Source of the DNA: Phoronis australis
Lineage: Eukaryota > Animalia > Phoronida
Direction of reading: 5' to 3'
NCBI GenBank assembly: GCA_002633005.1
Contig: NMRA01000157.1
Location: 528,988 to 592,987 of the forward strand
DNA length: 64,000 bases
Each line of letters starts with the position of its first letter. Positions within the stretch are counted from its first letter, which is position 1. This document shows, piece after piece, positions 12,601-27,600 of this stretch. Under the pieces are notes generated by a model. That model was not told the origin of the DNA. It searched no databases and was given only the letters and a program-made list of their open reading frames with translations. The position numbers and the translations under genes were made by a program.

Positions 12601-15600
12601 AAAATGAAACCTCTGCTGACAGCACATAAAGCAAATGGCCATGATAACTGTAACTACACATCTTTAGGCCCACACAACATGAAAAGCTGGGCATAAGGGA
12701 AATAATTGAGTTTTTAACCAAGAAGCAAGTTCCTAAAATGTGATGTGACTGAAAACTGATGTGTACATTGAAAATGGCAGACACTTGAAGAATATTTTTC
12801 AATTTAATATTAACTATACAATGAAAAGTATTAAGAACAGGCCAAAAACACTTGAATACCCACCAGTGTAAGACAATTGCATGGGCAAAGGATAGCCACC
12901 AGTGCCTATCAGGGAAGCTTAGACACATCCGTGAATACAAGAAACACAATTAATAAAAATTTCCGTGAAAAATGCACTATTTTGGGTATAGGTGCATGGG
13001 CCTAAATATGCGCATAATTTTATACAATATGCAAATGCACACAGAAGTTAAGCAAGATTGATCTTAAAGGGATATACAGCAAGGTTTTGGCACCTAAACT
13101 TTGTTGAATTGTCAAATTGGGAATCAATTTCAAGAACTTAAAACGGAATTTAAACTCAACTGAACCTTTTTAGTCAAAGTTCTGAAGAGCCAAGCCAAAA
13201 TTTTGAAAAGAACTACTGTCACGGATCTCGGCACTGACTTTCAGTAAGAACTGGATAGTTACATTAAACAACATAGAAAGCTTTCTGAACATGACAAGAA
13301 TAATGTCAAGCAAAATAATTCAAATAAATTACATAGCAAATGATGGAGTGACAAGTTTACAGAAGTGAACCAGTTGGTATAGTTGGACAGAGAATGGTAG
13401 ATTTTCAAAAAGTAATGTCAACCAGTTACGGAGGACCAGCAATTGACACAAGGGGGCCCAAATCATACAATGCACAATACTCTACAGGTGTTCAATAATG
13501 CGGGTGCTCGCGAGCACCCTCAAACACTTGCTTCTGAACAACAAACACTAGGCAAGCGCTCTCGTTAGGTTGGGATCCTATGAGTCAGTAAACTTTCTAG
13601 GCGATTAGCTTGAGTAACGACAATGATTCTAAATGGTAGTACATGAAGTATGCACGTCAAGATTGTTGGAGGCAATTTTCGTTCACTTGGTGCAGAAATA
13701 AATAATTCAATTTTCTTTATACTGATTGCAGGCTCCTTCCCTTGTTTTCTGAAATGACAGCAAGCTGTCATTCAATCGCGAGTTCTCACTTTAGGTGGGC
13801 ACTGACTCTCATTTCAGGCAGGCATATGCTCTAATGAACAGACCTCAGTATACACTAACATGAACTGCAAACTTAATCACATCATATCGAATTTCTGCAT
13901 AACTCTCAACAAACTCAGTTAGAAAAATGCCATATAAATACTCCACAAAAATACCCTGCCAAAAAATTGATTGGTCTGTGCTCTGGTGTCTCAGCAGCAC
14001 ACCCCTGTGTCCATTTTTGGAGACAACCCCCAAGAATTGTCAGGGTACCTTTCTGCGTAAGAATTAAGTAACCTTAGGTTTCCTTATGCAACAATGACTC
14101 ATCTCATCAAGGTTTGCTTCTCAATAGCAATCAGGAAACATGATGGTAATGAATGTTTGGAATACAGTGTGTAAGAAGAACCTTTAAATGACTTACAATC
14201 CAATATCCATGGCAACCAGGTAACAGTGAGATTACTTCATTTGATTTCCTCTCAACATCAATATCTTGCTGTGAGCAAATACAAGATGTCAGAACAGAAT
14301 TAACACTTACACATCTGACTGATCCAGTTCGTCTGCTGAGAAGGCGGGGTTCTCCATTGTCAGACCGTAACCGTGGTCTACTTCTTCTGGTCGCATGTAC
14401 AGGCTATTCTTGGCAGCTTTGTTGCGCACTCTCTCAGCCTCCCTCCTGCAAGATAAGGAAAAAAGTTAACTGATGCCATTGGTACTACTGTAACATCTCA
14501 CCTACTTCAGACCAACTTGTTAAAATTGGCCATTTTTTCACATGTTAATGGTTTTTAACATCGCACTGAATGTCCGTAATATTCGAAAGTATTGTTTTGA
14601 TTGTGACGAAGGTACAGAATTATAATAGAAAGTAAACCATTTATTATCTAGTAATATCATACTGTGTCCAAAATTGATGAGATTTTATTGCTAGTGCATG
14701 CTGACAGAGTATTGTGACAAAATTATGCAGACAATTCAAACAGACATGCAGAATGCAAACAGAACAAGAGAATTCAGAATATTCATGTTTATAAGGAAAT
14801 AAAAATCAAAAAGTATTACCAAAAAGCTTAAGGAAATCCTCATCCTAGAAGCAAGTGAGAATCTCAGTGGAATAGATTGCGATTCCAACGAGAATCTAAT
14901 TAAGATGTCATTCAAATTTGAAAGAGAAAAATTCTCACTATAATGAGAATACAATGATATTCCAGTGAGAAAGCAGTGCGGAACTAATTTGCATAGCATC
15001 CCTACTCAGTGAGAATTTGTCTTCCTGCCTGGTAAAATCCTAACTAAAAATCTCACCCAGGGAGACTGACTCAGTGAGGTTATCATATTGACAATCCTCA
15101 AGGTATTTCTCTTCTTCATATCAACTGTTCATCCCTAACACTATTTTATTTTGGTCCACCTGAAATTTCCCCACGAGCAGTCAATGAGTGTGTACGTTTA
15201 TCCTAAATTTTCACTCAATCATCTCATTCTAGTTTTTGCAAGTCCAAATTCTCACACAGAAATTCTTAGTGGATTTTAACTTGGCATTTTTCTAAGTCGA
15301 AAATTCTCACTGAATTCCCACAATTTTTCACACCACCCAATGAGTAAACTTAAGCATAGTTTTTTATTACTCCTTCAAAGTCTCAGTAGATTCTTACTTG
15401 CATTTCTCACTCAAATGGTTCATTTGCTGAGAATCTCAATGGAATCTCATTGGAATCCAGTGAGATTCTCACCTTCTTTTAGGTACTCATGATGGACAGA
15501 GATTTACCAACATGCTATGTCCTTAGTCTAAAGCACATTGTGCTTTCAATGAATTAATTAAAAACATGCTATGCTCTCTACCATTTGCGTGAACATGCCA

Positions 15601-18600
15601 CCATTTCTTTAGTTTTGTACTTAGATGGGTCACTTATTGTCCACAAATTGAATCATTTATAGAAATCATCGAAAATGGACAAAACATTGCAAGAGTTTAA
15701 GGACAAGATGTTGAAGAATAAAGACTTACTTTTTCCATGAAATAATGGCCACAATGAGTCCCACAATGCAGGCGAGGAAGAGGACACCACCTAGTGAGAT
15801 GAATGAGGCCTCCAGTGCTCCAATATCACTAGTTTGCTGTAAGGCTGGCAGAGACCGACCAACTAATTTGTATTTGCTGAACAACTTTTCAATCTCCGCA
15901 GAGTTTTCATTTATACGTCTGCAAGTAAAGGCACCATAAAGACTCAAGAATATTTTAGAACACACCAAGGTAAAAGATTTTGTAAATCATCAAATGTATG
16001 AGTTTCAGCTACAAAGAAATCTGAGTAAATATGATCACTGTTAAGCAGCAAAACCAGAATGTAGCAAAATTAAAAAGACAATTTTAACAAAGTTCTCTAT
16101 TTTAGTACAGAAGCGTGCTTTATTACTTACTTTAACAGATCGTCCCTAGTAACAAGTGCTCCCTTCGAATCAGTTGCAAATATATAAATATCAGTTCTGG
16201 AACAAAACATCAAACAAAACCATTCAGAATTGCTTACTAAGACATGACAGCATCAACTACTAATTCAAACACAAAACCTCCAAGAAACACCTCATTGTTG
16301 CAGGCTTGTCCGTAACTTTTTCCGTTTGTTATATTATACAGTGTTTTAAAGCAAAGCATATTGAAAGGTAATACCACCCCAAAACTGAAGGTAACAGAGT
16401 ACATGATGGCAACAAACAACTGCATGATGACCAGAAAAAGACACATAAATTGTATAACATAGAAATCTAAACACCAACTGAACATTTAATCGTTCATCAT
16501 GAGCATTACAGTTAAACAAGATTTATAATTAGTAAACAACAAATAATTAACATGTCTAGTGTTTATACAATGTTCACTGTAACCAATAAACAGCTCCAAG
16601 TAGTAAATGTCACCATAACAACTGCCATAGAGACAAATGCTGCAATATATTTTGGCTACAGGAGTTTTCCAATGTACACCTTGACAAGAAAACAACGTCT
16701 CTTTGGGTGGTGCTGGAGATCAAACATCACCAACTTTTGATGGCTGGGATGTGTCCAGAGAACATAATAGGACCAAATTTCAAAGGTGGCACTAAGGTGG
16801 ACGCCCACTAGGCAGAGGGTACCAGGGCTGCCTAAGGACAGCACCGTGACATACCATAATGGCAGAGCTGGGGAACTTGGTTCGACTTAAAAGGGGACAC
16901 AAGCTTTGGTGAAAGATAAGGGTAAGTGGAGTTAAGTTGTTGACAACTTACACTCTAAATGGGAGGTTATACTGAAATGAATAATAAAGGGCTCTATCAC
17001 ACCAATTAATTAAAAGTCAACAACTTCAAAAACTGGAGAATCAAGTAGGAACCGACTAAGTCTATTACAACCGAAGTAAAAACCCTGTGGAGGGCGTTGC
17101 ATAGTCCCCAACCCATTTCCAAATGTCCCTAGCCAATATCATCATGGTGTATATGGATATTCTAAGACTGGCATGTGACAGCGTCCTAAGGAATGTGAAT
17201 GTACTTACGCATCAGGGTTTACTTTGTCCACGTCCACCTTCATCTCAACTTTCTCTACATGGACATTGTATCCCAGTATACTGCTTAAATTCCTGCATAG
17301 AAATACACTCAGAGCATTAACCAATTAGACATGACAGCCACATAACTGTTACACAAAGAAAGAAACCCAAAGGAAAGACTGTATTTTATAAAATACAGCT
17401 CTTTTGACAAAATAAATTATGCCACTGCATTCCATGTAATATTTCTGTAACAATGGGAGAGCTAAACAAAATTTTACAGTGGATCAGGCATTTCCAAGCA
17501 ACTTTAAACAAAAGCATCCATCACAACTTGTGCATCTTTACTTAGTACAAAATGTCGCATTTTTTTTAGCCCAGTGATTGCTGTGTTAGTCACTATTTGA
17601 AATCAAAAACACATTTTGATGTTCTAATATCAACAAATTCAAATATCTGCAGGACAGTTAAGTCAGACATTCAATGTTATCTTCTCTATCCCATTCAACA
17701 CCCAACCGGTTGACAGTTTGAAATCTAAGTCAATCGTACAATGCGTTGTCTAACCATGATAACAAGCAGATAACGGCTCAGTAAATAAATGAGATATGAT
17801 CTTCACCTAATAGTGGTAAAAACAGATCCTTAATTTGCTACAGTCTACATCCTCCACTCACCCTATAAGTGGCTGTAATCCGTCAAGTATTTCTTGTTTG
17901 GGAACATTGGCAGACAAGATCACTCGATAGTTGTTGGTGAGTACAAACACCTGCAATGTATGGGTGTAATTATACACACCAAGGAATTGAATTTAAAAAC
18001 AAAAAAAACTGATTTCCAGTGCCTCAATCCCAGCAAACAGTACTGATATTTGTATAAGCTAGGATGAATGGGAACAATGTGAGCACATACTAACTTGTTG
18101 TGTGGCACTACAATCAGGTATGACAACTGTTTTTACATAATAAACCCTAAAATCACCTCTATTTCCAAACTGTCAATTCTGTATGATTCTGAGCAGCTCA
18201 AACTTGAATCTACACCAGGATATCCTTTATGCACATATTTTGTTTGGCACTGGAGAACACAGGCGTCTGTTGTGGTATCACAGCTTGCACTCTTCACAAA
18301 ATAGCATGGCTTGTACTTGTACACATAATAGCATTATTTGATTTCTCATCGTAGTGATCTAAACATATCTAAAACTTGGATATACTTAAATAGAGAGAGA
18401 AAGGTGAACAGTGGAGATTTCTAAAAGAATGACCATGCTTCACGTCCTTTCATTATAAAAAATTGAAGGATTATTGATCTGCCATTTGAATTTAAAAAAG
18501 ATTGCCATTCTTGCTGATTCCAAATAATTATGTTGGCTCATTCCAGGTTCCAACCTAATGAACAACTCAAAATTCACAACTGTTCAGTCCATACAATTCA

Positions 18601-21600
18601 GGTCACATGATATCCTTACCACAACAATAATAGCATACAAGAATAACAAGGTATTGTCATGTCACACTTATTCAACTAGTAATAAGAGGAGCACTTCATC
18701 ATCTGCACAACCTAAATATCAACTTGCTCCTGCACGCTACACCGCAATAAAACCCCTGTCGTCAATTGAAATCTAACACCAGATGACTACCTTGATTTTC
18801 TCGACTGATGACAATCCAGCACCACTCTCATCAGTTGCTTTCACATTAAGGTCAAACATTTTCTTGGCTGAATCGATAGACTTAGTTCGAGAGTAGAGGA
18901 CACCAGTGTCTGGCTCCAAATAGAACGACTGGTGGTCATCTCCCTTAGCCTCGAGCTCATACTTTAAGTCTGAGGTACCAGTGTCACCATCTGTTGCCTG
19001 GAACAGTTATCAGAGTGAGCATACAAAGAACAAAGACATCTGCAGTCAATTCTATCAATGATCATATGGCTAGTCTCAGCTACACTCAATAGCATAATTA
19101 TTGTGTTTAACTGTGTTTTTCAAATATACGACACTACAAAATAAGGTGAATTAAACATAGACAAAATTCTCACTCATGGTCATGAACCAGTACAATGAGG
19201 GGATAACTTTTAGTTATTAACAAGTTGAGACATTCCAGCAGCAACACAGCACACAGCATGAAACCATTTAACAATAACTATATTTAGCCCGAATATTCCA
19301 TGAAGTAAATCAACCATCTATCCTCAAGTTAAAAATTCAAATTATATTGTGCATCTTGATTTAGTGATAGGACTACTACCACGGAACATACCCATTCACT
19401 CAACGACCAGTGTCGCATATTTATATAGAATTTCACAAGCCTCGCAAAAAATCGAGTCACCAATACAAGATAACACTGTATTCTTGTTTTCTAAGGTTAT
19501 ACTGTGGACAGAATGTAGCTCATTTGTTTTAAGTTGGAATTAATAAACTGCGGCTTTATTCTTATATTATCTTACTTTAAGGTTGGCGTTTTGGACCTGC
19601 TAGTGCAGTACTCAGTACACCTTGATAATAATGTTAAAAACATTTGGACTTGGCTCAATTTAGAATACAGTTATTTAGTCCCACTACAGGTACCATATGC
19701 GTCTACCATACCAGTCAATCCTGAGAATAAATACAGAGATCATACTTTTACTTTTCTTTCATTCACTGAGCTATTGTCCACTATGACAACATGCATGTCA
19801 AGAGTTACCTAAAACCAATTATAAACCCATACAATCCTGCATGGTAAATAACCACCAGATAATAACCCTGTGGCATGGAGATTTGGCCGGGATGGGCATG
19901 CTGGGATGTTCTGTCAAAGTAGAGGCTCATGTGACTTGGTTGGATGAACCGCATGGTATATGGATCGGCAATGTCAAGCGCAACAAAAGTTGAATATCTT
20001 CACTTTTGTTACATGAGTTTTGCTGAATGTATTTCTCAATATATGGGATAAACATGCCCTTGGCAGTTGTATCCTGTATCTAGACACCAAATGGGGTATC
20101 AAGGATTTATCTCCTTCCAAATCCCACTAGGGGTCTAATTCGATGGAAATAACAACCTCACCAAGTAATAATCTATATTTATTCAAGGACCACAATCAGA
20201 GTAGGTAAAGTCTGCAATTATTGAAGAAAAGCCCTGCTGTTTTGGAGTTAAAAAAGGATACGGTGAAATGAATCAGTGAAATAGGGTTTTTTCAACATAC
20301 TTGGGCCTGCTAGGTTGTTTTAATGGTATCGAATACAGCAAACAAGGATGTAATGGAGGTGGCATTTTGGCACACTAGCATTAACTTGCATATTTGTCAA
20401 ATTTGACTGGATGTATGCTGTCAAATTTGCAGATGCCTAAATAAACATAGAAAACAAACTGGGGTCTTAAGGTGCTCCAAACTTGGCAGAACTAGCAAAA
20501 TAAGTTGGAGACATGACAATGAGAAACGCAGGAAAAACTGCTTTGTTAACAGTTGCACAGCATTGCTTTTTTCATTGGTAATTCACATCTTGTATATGTG
20601 CGGCATATAATTTCATGTTTACCCGATGAACAGTTTGTATTAATTGTTCCTTCATAAATTTGAGTCAAATAGTTCACTAGGTAATTGCAATGTAGTGAGC
20701 ATTAAAATTAGTATAAAAACAGCAGTCTGAACATGAATTACATGATGATATACACCAACATACCTTTATGGTCCCAATAACGTAATTCAAAGAAGCATCG
20801 CTGGGCACCCCAAATACATAAGGTACATCCTGGAACACTGGTGGGTTGTCATTGACGTCACCAACAGTGACGACTAGAGTGACTATATTGGGATCTGCAA
20901 ACAGTTCAGATGCTTATCAAATTTGAGAAAGAAGTGACATTTATTTGAAAAGCCAAAATTCAAACATCTTATTGATGTCACAATTACAACACTGGCATGA
21001 GCTCACACAATCTCTGTTCAATTCCTGTTTTGACTGAAAACTAGTGAAAGGATAGTCACACAGTGGCACTACTTGACATTATGACACTCAATCACCCTAC
21101 CTTCAACAGCTCTCAGTTTCCTAGCAACAGCTCTCCGTCTCCTAGTGACAACTCTCTCAGCTCTGACCTTCAGTGTGTAGCTTGACACAGTTTCTCTATC
21201 AAGCTGTTTGACACAGAACACTTTCCCCGTAGAATTTTGTATGGAGAAAAAGCCTGAAACATTGTAGTGTATCATCTTATGAAATGGAAGCTGAAACATT
21301 TTGTTAATAAACCATAGTCTAATGATCTGGAAAATTGGCAAGTCATTTATAACAGTCTGAATGGCTTTGGTTAGCTATGTCTTAATTAGGATATGAAATA
21401 TCTATTCAACCGTAGTTTTTATCCTCAGTAAAAAGGATGATCGTATCAAAAGCAATTATTGGATATTTTGGCCTAGGTATGGCTTTTGTAGCAAGCGTTA
21501 TGCCTCCACATCATGGGCTATTGAGTCAAGATAGACTCCAGCAAAGCAAACAGTTGATAAACCCTAATGATACAAGAACAACTGTAATAACACATCTGAC

Positions 21601-24600
21601 TGGAGTGTCCAATCAGTGCATGGCATGAATGTTTGTAGTGAGGACAGATGATGAGAGTGCCGATTGTGTAGAGAAATGAAAGAAGTAGCTGCTTCACTTG
21701 ACTACAGGTCACAAGGCCAAGCGATTGTTGATTATTGAGGGCTTAACTGGCAGTCTTTGAGCAAAAAAACTAGGAACAAATCATTTGCAATTTTAGGCAA
21801 TTTGCAAGTTAGACAATCCAATATGCTGACCATCATAGAGAAAGTATTAGAATAATCTGAAGCACATCATAATAAAGTCTTTATTACTGTACAGGATTAA
21901 ATCAAGTAATAAGACAGAGCAAGATGAAACAGAACAGCAAAGACACAAAAACGAAATACATTTCCATAGTTACCCAACACATTCCCATAGTTACTCTATT
22001 CATTTCCATAGTTACCCATCACATTTCCATAGTTACTCAATTCATTTCCATAGTTACCCAATTCATTTCCATAGTTACCCAATTCATTTCCAGACACAAT
22101 AGTATAGAGTATTGGCAGTCCAGCCAGTTCCTCTGTTGTGTTCAGGTCAACCAGTAACAATGGTGGTTTTTGTCCTTCATTGAACACAATGTTATATGTT
22201 GGCTTGTCAAAAACTGGTACTTTGGATGTTCGTTTGACAGTAATTTTCACCTGCAAAAGCACACACACAGGGTAGTACATGATATGTATCACCTTGACAC
22301 TAAATGCTTGTTACAAAGTAAGCTGTTTTGGAATCCTTCTTAGACATTTTATTTGTAAAAAACTTCAGCCAAGCAACTGAAATAATTGAGAAAGCCTCCT
22401 TACTGTAACCTAAATATTCACTAGGTGGTGCTACTGTAGAAAGGAACCTCTGAATAGGTGGCTCCCTATTCATTAGCAAGTGCTACAGTACAAAAGAGCA
22501 CTCTGAATGAGATGAGAACAGAACAAAGTTGCTGATCAACAAGAAGGCATTCACGGATTAAGTGTTTCACATCACCTCAATGCACAAATATCTACAGGTA
22601 GGTACTACTGCCACTAGCATAACCAAGTGACTTTCGAGTTCCAACACAAACTTAGATAACTTGACAAGTCAGTTTGTTGGCTCACAACATAATGCTACAA
22701 TCTATGCTTTTGACAGCAAACATTGGATGCAAAGAAGCAGTTAATAGTTAGACTCACCATGGTAGTGTCATTTGAAGACGGGCTATAGTTGTCCTCTGCC
22801 ATAACTGTTAAGTTGTAAGTGATTTCGGATACAATGGAGAGTTTCTTGGCAACAGTTATAGCTCCCGTACTATTAACACCAAACAAGCCATTATTTGGAT
22901 CATCTGAAGAGAGGAAGCAATCCAACATTTAATACAAGGAGCCGATAATATAACTATGGAATGTATACAATAACAGCAACAGTCATGACTGTAAATGTCA
23001 GGACAAAATTGATGTCCATGGTTACAGTGGGAAATATTCTACATACTACAATTTACTGTTCTGAGAGCACAAAAGTATCTGTCACCAGAATCAACTTCTA
23101 ATCCTAGTGAGCTAAGCGAGTCTAGTTAAAAAGAATGGAATTGATTTCTTTCATTCTCGAGCATTTTGGGACATTAAACGTTTTTGTGTCAATAGTTTAA
23201 GTAGCTCCCACAGCACAATAGTGGCATCTTGAAGGCAAGACAGTTGCAAAGAATTCATAAAAAAATAGAGAAATGACCTACAACAGTACATCTAGACAAT
23301 AATGTAGAACGCAGTCCATCAACTACCCCGTAACCATCTAGAAACACAGCGCATTTCCTCTTGCTGACTTTATATTGGAAAATGATTTTCACCAAACAAA
23401 TACTTCATACTCTCAGGGAATTATTTTATAACCTTAAAATTTCATACTATACTAAAAACTGCTGTGATCAAAGCTAACTAAGAACACAAGTGCATGAGGT
23501 ATAACTAAAGCGTAACCCCACAGAGGCTGCACCACATTCACTCTCCCGGGTTAGCCCAGTCAACCTTCCTGAGCATTTTATTGGTTCCCAAGACAACTTT
23601 CGGCTCACAAACAAATTAGATGTCTTCACCTTTTGGCCCATCTGAACTGGCACACGCTGGCTGAGAGAACCGGAAGCAGCCTGTGATTACTGCCAAATAT
23701 GTCCAATTTAAAAAGGGAAAATTCAATGTAAGGCCATCAGTCACACAGATGTTTCAATGGGCTTTTAAACTATCCACAAGGGCAACACAACACCATGACA
23801 TTCGAATCTTTCATGAAGTATTAAATTCATTGCATGTAATGCATTATGTTGTATTATATCTCCTCTTGTGTTCAAGATGCCCATCTTGGAAAGCACCAGA
23901 TTTACTGAAGAGGACACAATAACTTTAGTTTATAATCAAGAGCAGGTTAAAGACAATAAATACCACACATAATTATTCACCAAAAGAAAAATGTTCAAAA
24001 ATTCAAAACACATGAACAGAACCTTGGACTAGGCTTACCAATAACAGTAAATTTCAAAGCACCAAGACCAGCATACAGTTGAATAACCAGAGAGCCAATA
24101 GGAGTCTTGTCATCTATAGAAACTTGGTAAACCTTCTGTGCAAACTTGGGTGGAGTGTCATTCATATCTGTGACATTGACTATAACTTGAATAGTAGTCT
24201 GAAGTCTGGGCAATCCTAGATCGTGCGCGACAACACTGATGTTGTACCAAGACTGCTTCTCATAATCCAAACTGTTTTGCGTTCTAACATAACCCACGGA
24301 GTCTGCAAAAGAAATAGTTTATTTACTGCAATGTGTTGTTATGCAAATGTATAACCATACCAAAACTCTGTATTAAACACATATTAAAACCTACCTGAGG
24401 AAATTATACTGAACCACATTATTTTAATTTAAATGCAAATTCCAAACCAACTTTAAGACAGAGCAACTACCATGAATACATTACTACACTACAGTTTGTG
24501 TCACGTGCATGTTTGACTCAAAACCAACCAGATCATGATAATTCAGCCAAACTCGTTTCATTCCCAGTGTAAATCGAGCTAGACTGCGTTAGGTTTTACC

Positions 24601-27600
24601 ACTGGATAGCTAAAAATGACATTTCAAAACAAGAACAATCAACACCTGCATTAAGAACTTAAGACCATGCTGTACACTTAATTCTGGATGAACTGACACA
24701 ATTTCCTGCAGAGTATCATGTTACATACCCGTCATGAACTATTTTAATTTTGATTAAGTATGACACACCTTTGTTTACGACATAAAACATGTTAGAGGCA
24801 GCACCCTCTATACTGTACAGCACTTTCCCATTAATGCCACTATCAGTGTCATTGGCAAACACAGTAGTCACCTGTAAAACATCAAAAGGTTCCTTTTAAC
24901 AACAAAAATAAAAATGTTGGATATGGTGATGGTTATGCAAGGGCAAAGGGCAAACAAGTCGTAAACAAAAGGGAACACAAAATTCAAATAAAAATTTCTT
25001 ACTCTTAACATACAAGAGTGCTCGTGTGACATACATACATCAACCACCGAAAATTTATTGTGTAAAATAACCCTTGTAACCTTTACTAAAATACAGATTT
25101 TTGGTTACCGTGGGAAGACATTTTTCTTCTTAAATTAATGTTCCCAAATGTGTATTAATTAACAGTGCAATCATTATAATATGTGATGTAAATATTCCAT
25201 GAATAGGCCCACATACTGGTTCTAGACTTTTACAATACTTACTGTTGTTGCATGGCAAGTAATTACAAAGTAAATTAACACTAAAAAGTTTTCCTCTAAG
25301 ATAACCAGGCATCTGTACCTTTAGCAAGGAGGGACATTGAAAATGGCTACCTTCCTCTTTAAGTGTCAAAGAAAAGTGGAAGTTAACACTTTATTATAAT
25401 TTTAAAGAGTCTACAAACTGATTGAAAGTTGAAAGATAACACATGAAAGGAACAATAACCATAAAATAACCATTATTATATTTGAGCTGTATAAGCAACA
25501 CCTTTTGATGCGAATCGGGGGCACTTTCACAATGCACATCAACCAACTGCACTTATGAGCATACATGAAAGTCTGTCAGCTTTTGCTACAACTAACCAAA
25601 GCAACAAGGCTAGAGTAGAATAATTATCAAAAAATAAACAGGCTACGTTGACTTATACTTACAAGGATTCCTGGTGGCTGATTCTCCTTGATATCAATAG
25701 ATGGCAGCGGGTATCTGTAGTATTGTGGAGCATTATCGTTAATATCATCAACAGTCAGGGTCAACCTTGTTGTGGAGTTACGTGATGGCTGACCTTGATC
25801 TGCTACCTGGAATGACAAGGCAGCATAATGTGAGAGATGAAATTCCCACATACAACTCTCCAATTACTAAACAAATCTAAAGACTATGATTGATTGAGCA
25901 CTGCAGAGTGTGAGCAACAAAAACCATTCGTGTACAGAATGTCCCAAAAATGAACTCACAATTACTTGCCTACTTTCACAGCAGTTCCAGATAGATACAG
26001 CTCAACATTCTTATGCAGACATGAGGTATCAGCAGGTTACATACAGACATGAGGTGTCTGTGCAGGTTTTGGTTTGAAATGAATCCCTTCACTTACTGTA
26101 ACAATCATGTTGTAGGACGACACATTCTCTCGGTCCAGTAGTCCATCAATAAATACTTCTCCAGTGGTCCTGTTCACGTCCACAACACCTGCACCTAAAA
26201 GTCAAACAGATTTCATTATAACACAGGCCACGTAACAACACAAATGTCAATGCCATTTTTAAGTTATGTACACAATGATTAAATTTTTATGCAAAAATTG
26301 AATTTGAAACATTCCTGTACGTAGTCATGATCTGAAGGTTGAAAAAGGTTGACGTCCTGATATTTACAAAAGGTTTCCAGTAAGTTCTCGCTGCTCCTAT
26401 CACGTTATTGAATATAATTTTCATAGTTTGTCTTATTTGAGTTAAGATTTTACCAATGAATCATTGGCATATTTGAACATAATTTCAATTTGATAGGCCA
26501 AATGTGCTGTAATGACACCACCATACAGCACAACAGTGGAGGCAACACACCTGTAAGTGCCGATACACACTGTTAGTATTTAAAATAGTTTTACTTCATT
26601 CGTCACCAGTTGGTGGTTTTTGTGTTTGTGTGATGCAACATCTACCGAATCTCCTTTCCCACGTGACTCTATTCTTCAATAGTATTTTGCATATGCGAGA
26701 CTGTTTGACTGAACATGGTTTGTAGATGTAACACGCCAATTTGGATCATTCTTATTTTAACACATTTACTGATAAGTTTACTTACAGTTTCGTCTTCATT
26801 TATGCCACAATTTGGTGTAAGTATATTGTAGTTAGTTTTGTTATATAGACAGAACTTCAACGTTGTGTCGCTTATTCTAAGTACCTTTTCGAATTACCGT
26901 AGACTCAACTACTTTGAAGTTTGTTTGAGTAAGTAATAGTTTTACTTAGTAAGGAAGGAATATTAGTATTGTAACTTTGTAAACAATTAACGCGTTGTTC
27001 AATTGTCTCATAAAACATTTTTTGTATGTTTCAATTAGAATGAGCAACTACAACTAACAAAGAAATGAAGTTTAAATTAATTCAACTTATGCTCACGTTC
27101 ATTCATGTGGGCGTAACAATTTTCGCAACCACAACACCACCTAGAAACTCAACAGAGTTTGAATGCAAAACTAGTTTTAACTGACTAGCAGCCACATTGC
27201 TTTTAGCACATAAACTGATGACCAATAAATTTCAACTTATTAAGTGACAGTTTTGTCAGGAAGTGCTTCTTACCTGTACGAAGAAAAATCTGAAATCAAT
27301 TTCAACGTGGGCTATAGTCTAATGCAATGATTCTTCACACTGAAAATCACCAGGCTATGGGCAGGTATTTTTGTTAAAAAGCAGTAACTGGTATGCCAGG
27401 TAATTGCAAATTATCCTGGCTGTTACACTTTTCAATCAAGTTCTTTCAACTTTTCCACAGAAATATTGTCCAAATCTTAAAACGTTACTGTTTCATGATG
27501 ACAGCTAAACGTTACAAACCCGTGGTAACATTGAAGTTAACCTTTCCAATTTACTTATGTGTGCTGTAAATTTTGTTGTAATCAACTTCACTGATTTCTC

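Noticed and set aside
12446-12949. 167-aa hydrophobic ORF
   Set aside because: Runs across two MITE boundaries, has AT-rich Phe/Leu/Cys bias and no recognisable domain.
14197-14268. Possible extra exon with gtaagt donor
   Set aside because: It would need a ~42-nt intron and has a stop in the required phase-2 frame.
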